Assembly (NCBI GenBank): GCA_964252075.1
Contig: CAXULY010000014.1
Coordinates: forward strand, 1 to 64,000
Length of the DNA stretch: 64,000 nt
DNA from: an uncultured Deinococcaceae bacterium
Lineage (GTDB): Bacteria; Deinococcota; Deinococci; Deinococcales; Deinococcaceae
Direction: 5' to 3'
Part shown: one piece after another, positions 56,963 to 64,000 of the stretch
Numbering within the stretch: position 1 is the stretch's first letter
How the letters are laid out: the number at the start of each line of letters is the position of its first letter
Translations under genes and position numbers: made by a program
Notes under the pieces: generated by a model
What the model was told of the DNA's origin: nothing
The model's database searches: none
What the model saw: the letters and a program-made list of their open reading frames with translations, nothing else

Positions 56963-58435
56963 GGCGTACGCGGGCGTCATGCTCACCGCAGGTCATACCA
57001 CCATCCGCTCATCATGCGGGCCTCACCACGCTGCGGGATTGGCCCGGAGTGCCGCATCTCTAGCCCTCCTCGTGACGCCCGTCCCGGTTGTTTCCCCACG
57101 AGTGGCCCTTAGCGACCAAGTCATCCTGGGTCTCACCGCGCAGGTGCGCGCACAACTGCTGACGCTCCGCGCGGATTCCTGCAGGCCCACCATGTGGGAC
57201 GTCCAGGCGCCCAGAGTGACGCCCGCCGGGCTGAACATCGACGCCGCCAACGCCGCGTTGGAACGGACGCTCATAGCCTTGAAGGGCGGCGACCCAGCCC
57301 GCGCCTGGTCTAAAGCGCTCACTCACCGCGCTGCGTCAGCAGTGAACCCACGGCGCCCGGAACCCGCCGCCGCTAATGGGCCGCGCAGCGGGCGCCCCGA
57401 CGTTCGAGTCGTTCATCCGGACGGCGGAGCAGCTGGTGGGCCTCCCTGGCCTCAGGGCGACCGGCTGGACACGTTCACGTGCTCACGTCCGCGAGCCTCG
57501 ACTGCAGCCGCAACGCGACACGCTTTACGGGAATGAGGGCCGATCTGAAAATTCCAAAGGCATGCCAGTGACTGGCCGCCTTGGCGCCAAGGAGGGCATC
57601 CACATTACGTTCGGCCGGGACGGCGTGCAGGACGCCGGGATGTGCGTGGAACTCATGGCCTCGTTCGGAGCTGCGCTGGACACCTCCACTGATGGATGGG
57701 AAGGCAAAATCCATGATAAGCACGCCACCCAGCGCGGCTGCATGCCGCCTTACACCTAGACATATCCATCTGTCAGCCTCATTATGTGGGTCACGCACAT
57801 AAGTGCGATTGCAAACCATCTCCTTAAGGACGCGCTTCGCTCAAGAAGTCTCCTCAGAAAGAGCAAATCAGGCGGTGGAGCTCGGGCCAGCTGACCAGAT
57901 TGCGGACACCGGTCATCGCGCAGGGCCGCTAAGGACCGACGCGCTAAAGCGCTTCGTGCATTGGTGATCCCATCACCTAATGATATGTCTCCCCTCGCCG
58001 CTTTCTCGGCCTGCTCAGAGGTCGAAGCAATCGGCACACACTGCTCGGCTTGAGCACAGAAAGCCACGGTTCCATCTCCCCTACCGGCTCGTGACCTTTC
58101 ACTGCGTGCATGGTTATAACCCGGGTTGATATATCAAATGCAATTGTTTCGCTAACTTTCACCGGGGATGAGTCCTTGGTGTCCCGCACGCTTACATATG
58201 TGATATCACTGTGTGCTTTTCCTTTCACTTCTCTCTCTAATCTTCTCATGCATTACAGTAGGTGACCTAGCAGGGCGCTCGGTAAGTTGAGATCTAAGCG
58301 GTGTGTTTTGAGAAGCGAAGCGCCGGAACGGTCAGGTGTTTCTAATCGTTCTGTGCACTTAAGACGCTCCACATACGGATGGATCCCGGTGGCGTGCTCT
58401 GAGTGCAACTGGTTAGGGGTGACGACCATTAGTCT

Positions 58436-59048
58436 GCGGGCAGACAGACATATGTACAGTGGAATGCTTGCAGGTCGGCGCTTTGTCTCTGCTTGGCGCA
58501 CCGTTTCGCCGTCTGAACGTGTGGACGTCTGTATGTTCAGATCGGGCAGACAACCAGCCGTACGGGCGTCCAGACGCTTGGACATCCCCATGCCTGTCGT
58601 CGCTAATGACCTCACCACACCAGTCCTATTGCAGGTTTAAACGTGTGTGCGTTTGCACGTCTGAACGTCCAAATGCACTTGACCAGAGAAGCCATGTGAA
58701 TCGTATATTATGGACGTCCATATGTTCAGATATCTAGACGGACAGACGTGCATACTTTTGGGTGTCTGTCCGTCCGAACATGTAGACGTCCATAGTCATA
58801 CCATACTGAGAGGCATGGAAAGCAGCCTTTCCGTTCAGCTTCTGCACTCACAATCTCAATCACTTGATCAAGCCGCTAACGAGGAAGTTGCGTGCAGTGG
58901 TTTACTTGTATGGCAGGTCCCTTCTACATATTTATTCTATCGCTAAACATCGTGTGCGTATCCTTGGACGTCCAGACGTGCACCCGTTTGAGTGTCTGAG
59001 TAACCAGACATGTACACGCTTGAGCGTCTGGACCTATGGACGTACAAT
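58436..59048. repeat. Centromere-like (parS/parC) array of degenerate 8-bp tandem repeats, consensus about ACGTCYRG
   Basis: Phased blocks such as acgtgtgg acgtctgt atgttcag; acgtccat atgttcag atatctag acggacag acgtgcat; acgtccag acgtgcac ccgtttga gtgtctga; the array runs into the parA -10. Confidence 0.7.
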
Positions 59049-59054
59049 TCATTC

Positions 59055-59663
59055 GTGATCATCAGTGTGACGAGCTTCAAGGGCGGAGTCGGAAAGACCA
59101 CCACCGCGGTCCACCTCGCAGCATCGTTTCAACGCCGCGCCCCCACCCTGCTGGTGGACGGAGACCTCAACCGCAGTAGTAGTCTGTGGGCGGCCAAAGA
59201 ACTTCTGCCCTTCAAAGTGATTCCCGAACGGCAACTCGCCCGGTACGCCGGCGATTACGCCCACATCATCATCGACACCGGCGCCCGGCCAAACGAACAG
59301 GAACTGGCGGACATCGCGGGCGGATGTGACCTCATGGTCATTCCCAGCAACCCGGAGACACTCAGCATTGACGCCCTCCTCCAGACGACCGAGGCGCTCC
59401 AGCGTCTTCAGGCCAGATACTGCGTCCTGCTCACGATGGTGCCCGCCGCGCCCATCAAAGACGGGGTAGAGGCGCGCGACGCGCTGAAAGAAATGGGTAT
59501 TCCCGTCCTGCGTTCCGTCATTCGAGACAGCCGAGCCTTCGTTCACGCCACCGCCGCAGGTGCCCTTGTCAGCAACATGACGAAGATCAAATCCGGCAAA
59601 CTGGCATGGATGGACTACGAGCGGGCCGCCAACGAGATCCTCCAGTACCCGGAGCAGGCATGA
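59055..59663 (+). CDS. parA: ParA-family partition ATPase (short, type Ib)
   Basis: KGGVGKTT, LVDGDLN, IIIDT; no N-terminal HTH; leaderless TACAAT-N6-GTG. Confidence 0.92.
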   Translation: MIISVTSFKGGVGKTTTAVHLAASFQRRAPTLLVDGDLNRSSSLWAAKELLPFKVIPERQLARYAGDYAHIIIDTGARPNEQELADIAGGCDLMVIPSNPETLSIDALLQTTEALQRLQARYCVLLTMVPAAPIKDGVEARDALKEMGIPVLRSVIRDSRAFVHATAAGALVSNMTKIKSGKLAWMDYERAANEILQYPEQA

Positions 59664-60001
59664 CATCCAAATTCTCAGACCTTAGATCCCTGCGTGCGGT
59701 GCGTGACCAGCAGGCCGAACCCGATCATGAAGCCGCGCCCGCCGCTCCTCCCGCACCGACGCCTGCCGCGCCGCTTGAGACTCCAGAAGGCGGCAATGCG
59801 CGGCGCCCAGGAAAGCGGCGCGACGCAGCCTTCACGAAGGCCACCGTGTACCTGAACCGCAAAGCGTACCTTGAGGCGAAATCCCGCATGATGCTCGCGG
59901 GGCGCAAAGGGGAAGTCAGCGACCTGCTTTCTGAGCTGCTCATTGGGTACCTGGACGGTCGTTTCGCCGTCGATTTGCCGGAGCTTCCCTTAGAGGAATA
60001 G
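59660..60001 (+). CDS. Small ParA partner, probable centromere-binding (ParG-like/RHH) protein
   Basis: ATGA overlap with parA; MTSKFSDL N-terminus, Pro/Ala linker, RPGKR...KATVYL...VSDLLSELL C-terminus. Confidence 0.7.
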   Translation: MTSKFSDLRSLRAVRDQQAEPDHEAAPAAPPAPTPAAPLETPEGGNARRPGKRRDAAFTKATVYLNRKAYLEAKSRMMLAGRKGEVSDLLSELLIGYLDGRFAVDLPELPLEE

Positions 60002-60453
60002 GAACGCACCTTTCGACAACCAGTCCATTCCACCGCACGGTTGCCTGGCCAAGCGAATGGTCGTGGACTGCCGGATGAGTTGCCTTATCGCTTCCACAGT
60101 AGTGAGACTATCAGCACACGAGATGGAGCGCTGCATGGCATGAATCGGCCGCTACGACGCCGAAACAGCCATCTTACGAGACCTTCGCCACCCAACCGTG
60201 CCGTCCGGCAGTCCTAAACGCAGCTGGTGGAACCGCGCCGAAGGTACGCGGCGACACCCAATTACCTGTGCTCTCAAGGCAGCAGCACTGGCGTTGGGCG
60301 CGGCACACCCTCCGACCTACCTTCTGGCAGACACGATACTCAAAGGTAGGGTCCGCTCACCTGTTGCTTCCTTCCACACTTGACGTTCTGGTGTTGGTGC
60401 CAAGAGGGGAGGAAAGGGGAGACCATTCTCCGACCCAAGTTGGGGGAGGAAGT

Positions 60454-60614
60454 GACACCACCTGAGCGTGACGACAAAATCGGCCCCAGCCCAAATATCC
60501 AATCAGGTGACCTGATGTGACATCAGTCCTATCTAGCCGATCGCTGTCAGATCGCTGAGAGATCAGGCGGCCGGGCAGTTCAGCTCTGGCAACCAGAATC
60601 GCTCAGGTGTGTCT
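60454..60614. repeat. Auxiliary iterons downstream of rep flanking overlapping palindromes
   Basis: CGCTCAGGTGGTGTC on minus (60454-60468); AATCGCTCAGGTGTGTCT on plus (60597-60614). Confidence 0.6.
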
Positions 60615-60860
60615 CTAACTCCGCGTTTTAGGTCTAGGCATGTGCGCTGGTGCGGGCAGACCCTAGTCGTCAGCCAAGGACACTCAACCCGCGCAGGTCA
60701 GTCTGAACACGCCACGAATCGGGGCTAAGCCCACGCCGAACAGTTGCGCCACCAGTTCGATCGCCAACACACTCCATCTACTTCATTTGCCCAGCATGGG
60801 CGTTTGCCCACAGCACCAGCTCCACACTCCCCCCAGGTGAATCTGGTGGCGCGTCTGCCG

Positions 60861-62216
60861 TCACATCCAGCGTTGTGCGGCAACCTTCACTTCATCCACG
60901 AACTCCTGCCCCCGCATGGTCGCCAGCGCCCGATATCCGGCCTTGAGCACCTCCACGGGGTCCAGTTCTCCCATCTTCACGCCGTGTTGCAGGGCGTCCA
61001 GTACCGTCGCGTCGAAGCTCCGCTTGTACGCCAGCGAGAGCCGCTTCACGAAGAGCGGCGCGGCTTGCGCAGGCTTCAGCCCAGCGAACAGCTCCTGGTA
61101 CTCGTCCCGCTCTTCCTCCGCACGAGGCGCGGGGGGAAGCGCAGCGGCCTTCCTGACAGGTTTCGCGGTGCGCTCGACGTCCACGTACTGGTCCGGATTC
61201 TTGATCAGGTGCACGAGGGCCGCCGCAGGCGTCTTCTTCACGACCAGCAGGTTGGCGCTCACCAGGCGTTCGAACTGGTCGATGCGCTGCATCAGCAGCG
61301 CCTTTCCGTAGGTCTTCGCGAGTTTCTGCGCCACCCCGAGGGTCACGCCGTGGCGCCGCAGGCGGTGCAGGAGGGCCGGATCGACCGGCTCGAACTCCGG
61401 GTGGAATTCGTACCGAACCCGCTGCTGCTTCCCGCGCCCCTCGTACGTCACGGCGCGCAGGTACCCCTTCTTGATCAGTTCGGCGTGGGGGGACTCCAGG
61501 GCCCGGCGGACGTTCGAGAGGCTGGTGCTGGGAATCTTGCAGACTTCCGCCCACGCCGCCAGGTTGTTCTCGTACACGTCCCGCGTCTGGTCCGGCTGCT
61601 CCGGGTCGTACCGCATGGCGTCCAGCACCCGGTACACCACGCGGGTGCGTGGACGTGAGAGGCTCTGCATGAACTCGATGTTCAGCGGCTTGATGTACCC
61701 GCTGCGGAGGCTGGCAACGATGTCATCCGCCAGTCGGAACGTGATGATGGTGCGTTCGTCGAACAGCCCGGACTCCCGCGCACTCCACTTCAGGCTCTGG
61801 ATGTACGTGAATTTTGCGTGCGACCAGCGGCTGTTCGGGTGGTCGCGCCAGCCACCACTCACTGTGAAGGTCGTGCTGGCGAGCCGCTCAAGGCTCTGCT
61901 TGAGCATCTTGTAGTACTTGCCGTTCTGGTGGAAGCCCGCCGCTCGGAGCAACTCGGTCGTGCCGATCTCAATCAGTCCGTCATCCGGAAGGCCGATGCT
62001 GAAGAAGTGCTCGATGATGGCGGCCGTCACGTCGTTGTCCACGCCGTGCGGGATGCCGTACTTCGGGAGCGCCTCGCAACTCACGACGTATTTGCGGTTG
62101 CCTTCCACGTACGTGATGTGCCATTCGCGCTGCCCGTCCACCTGATCCTGGGCGGAGATCAGGCTGAGGCGACCGACATTGAGGTCGTCGAAATGGCTGC
62201 GCGTTAGGTTTGTCAC
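60861..62216 (-). CDS. repA: Plasmid replication initiator protein
   Basis: RBS AGGAGG before GTG 62216; DDLNVGRLSLIS, PHGVDNDV, SLERL and YRVLDA typical of RepA/RPA-type initiators; lies between par genes and iterons. Confidence 0.82.
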   Translation of the reverse strand: MTNLTRSHFDDLNVGRLSLISAQDQVDGQREWHITYVEGNRKYVVSCEALPKYGIPHGVDNDVTAAIIEHFFSIGLPDDGLIEIGTTELLRAAGFHQNGKYYKMLKQSLERLASTTFTVSGGWRDHPNSRWSHAKFTYIQSLKWSARESGLFDERTIITFRLADDIVASLRSGYIKPLNIEFMQSLSRPRTRVVYRVLDAMRYDPEQPDQTRDVYENNLAAWAEVCKIPSTSLSNVRRALESPHAELIKKGYLRAVTYEGRGKQQRVRYEFHPEFEPVDPALLHRLRRHGVTLGVAQKLAKTYGKALLMQRIDQFERLVSANLLVVKKTPAAALVHLIKNPDQYVDVERTAKPVRKAAALPPAPRAEEERDEYQELFAGLKPAQAAPLFVKRLSLAYKRSFDATVLDALQHGVKMGELDPVEVLKAGYRALATMRGQEFVDEVKVAAQRWM

Positions 62217-62224
62217 GGGGCCTC

Positions 62225-62292
62225 CTGTTGTTGACAAATTTTACCCCTGAACAGAAGAACTTCTTGTTTTAAACATATTGATGAACACCACC
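62225..62292. other. AT-rich tract between rep and the iterons (candidate unwinding element or rep promoter)
   Basis: ttgttgacaaattttacccctgaacagaagaacttcttgttttaaacatattgatgaac in a GC-rich background. Confidence 0.5.
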
Positions 62293-62337
62293 AAGCAGCG
62301 GTACTGAGGTGCGTTCAGGAGCGCATCTCAGCCACAT

Positions 62338-62845
62338 AATCGCTCAGGTGTGTCGTTGATTTCGCGCGAGAGTGTCTTCGGTGTGGCGCAAGAATCGCTC
62401 AGGTGTGTCTTGATCGAGCACAGGAATCCCTCAGGTGTGTCTTCCGCGATCCGTCAGGTGTATCTTCCATGCCTTCACGACCCACCTGAGTGGTTTTGCG
62501 GAATCCCTCAGGTGGGTCTCCGGGGGGCGGGGGCCATGTCGCTCAAGTGTGTCTCCGGGATTTTGGCCGTTTCGCTCAGGTGTGTCTTGCATAACGTGGT
62601 TCAATTCCTCAGGTGTGTCTCGGGCTTTGTCTGGCGCTCCGGGATGCTTCCGGGACATGTTCGGACCGCCGCTCATTGCAGCTCTTGCCGAACAGGGATC
62701 GTAATCGCTCAGGAATGTCGTGCGGGGCTGTTCCCACCATCGCTCAGGTGTGTCTCCGCTGATTTTCCGCTCCTGCAAAGGTTTCCTTTGATCTCACCGC
62801 ACGCCATCGGCTGTCTAGAAGTCTCGGAATCGCTCAGGTGTGTCG
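62338..62845 (+). repeat. Replication origin iteron array, consensus AATCGCTCAGGTGTGTCT
   Basis: Eleven direct copies with cores at 62343, 62398, 62430, 62453, 62507, 62542, 62575, 62608, 62708, 62743 and 62833, plus one inverted copy near 62479-62490. Confidence 0.88.
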
Positions 62846-63491
62846 CCGGTCCACAACAAGACGAACTGTGTTCGGGGTGTGCTGCTGGGCAGCGGCAAGG
62901 TCTTACGGCATTGCGCTCAACCCGGAAAGCGGCCATGGTGCCAGTGCTGAAACCAGGTGCGCCTATTGCCACGCGTCTTCCGCTTACCTGACTCCCGTGA
63001 AGGCTGGCTCGCTGCAAACCGTCGTATTAGCACTTACACGTTGTTTCGGGTGCCAAGGGCAATGCGGCACCCCATTTCGCGTCCCTGTACGCTTCCAGCT
63101 GGGCCAGCGGGCTGCCAACGCCATACATACTGGATGTGCTTTCAGCTGCGCCCCCACCGTCCACATCTCAGGGTGGTGCGCGGCCCAGGGCACACGCAGA
63201 TGCCCTGGCTATCGACACTTCCATGGTTGCCATGTTGCACACACAGACCCGGTTGCCTGGATGGGCATCACGGCACGAGGATCTGAGCCGACCGCCGAGC
63301 CTGGGACAGCAGGTTCTTGACCAGACCAGCACAGAAGAGCTGCGGCGTAGCCATACACAAGAACCAAGAATCAGCTCAATTCCGACACCTCCTGCTGCAT
63401 GTCACTGTCCCAACTCGGCGTACTGGATAGACGGCGTGGACCCATACGGCAGGACAGGGGAGGTGTGCCCTCACCAGCTGCGGAGCGTCCA

Positions 63492-63830
63492 TCACCGGTG
63501 CTGGCCTGGGGACCTTCGGAACAGCGCCACCAGCAGCAACACCCAGGCGCCCGTCTGCACCAGCGTGTTCGCCAGCGCCACCCACCCCAGCACCAGCCCC
63601 AGTTGCGCGGGCGTCACGCCGTTTCGCTGCAGGCTGATGGGCAGCACCAGGCTGACGGTCTGTCCGGCGATTCCAGCGGCGAGCAGCAGCACCAGGGCGA
63701 CCAGGGTCAGCCGGAACCGCGTGGGGTCCTCACGCAAGCGGAGAGCGGCGAGCACGATGCCGACGATCCAGGTGATGAACAGTGGGGAGGTGACCGTGAA
63801 TTGAAGCAGCAGCGGTCCGATGAATTCCAT
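63492..63830 (-). CDS. Small membrane protein (about 3 TM), unknown function
   Basis: Three hydrophobic segments; GC3-biased codons. Confidence 0.6.
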   Translation of the reverse strand: MEFIGPLLLQFTVTSPLFITWIVGIVLAALRLREDPTRFRLTLVALVLLLAAGIAGQTVSLVLPISLQRNGVTPAQLGLVLGWVALANTLVQTGAWVLLLVALFRRSPGQHR

Positions 63831-64000
63831 GCCTGGATTCTCGCACCCGGCCCCGCCCGTTCTTCGCCCGTGACGCCCGCGCCCTTTGAGCCTGGTGAAC
63901 AGGCGGGCCGACAGGTGACGCTGTCTTGTTGTTGCTGTCCCCGCGCGAGCACTTCATGACGAAAGAGCCAAGTTATCGCCTGCCTGAATTTATGGCCGCG

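Noticed and set aside
56979..57759. ORFs 56979-57536 and 57376-57759
   Set aside because: Some protein-like patches but no coherent start or motif; unsupported without a database search
57782..57802. Radiation-desiccation response motif (RDRM)
   Set aside because: The palindrome spans 21 bp, not the 17 bp of RDRM, and no clear gene lies downstream
62338..62845. CRISPR array
   Set aside because: Repeats are only about 14-18 bp, degenerate and unevenly spaced, one is inverted, they sit next to rep, and no cas genes are present; iterons fit better
1..64000. tRNA, rRNA or riboswitch genes
   Set aside because: None recognised by eye; a covariance-model search (tRNAscan-SE, Infernal/Rfam) would be needed to exclude small RNAs in the spacers

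Overview
High-GC, Deinococcus-like plasmid segment (taxon inferred from gene content, codon bias and frequent leaderless TANNNT-N5/6-start promoters). The right end carries a complete replicon: an 8-bp-periodic centromere-like array, parA plus a small partner gene, a plasmid replication initiator and about 12 CGCTCAGGTGTGTC iterons. The left end is an amino-sugar catabolic operon (GH4, NagB-like, BadF-type kinase, MOSC). The rest is accessory DNA: TetR/MFS, LysR/SDR and PadR/FAD-monooxygenase pairs, hydrolases, a CPA1 antiporter, a CPT-like kinase and a GAF/PAS histidine kinase. The most striking element is a repeated module: five BTAD/SARP-type STAND (wHTH-BTAD-P-loop, with or without TPR) activators, one of them a pseudogene, lie next to genes for exported or lipoprotein beta-sandwich paralogs and a duplicated membrane protein. 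Seven of these cargo promoters share a fixed 35-bp architecture (nn[GAT]TCA-N7-[GAT][TC]CA-N12-[TC]AnnnT), and an eighth copy has lost its -10 box and gene. This looks like an uncharacterised STAND-controlled envelope/secretion regulon at several stages of decay. All functional calls come from motif recognition by eye; no database search was run.
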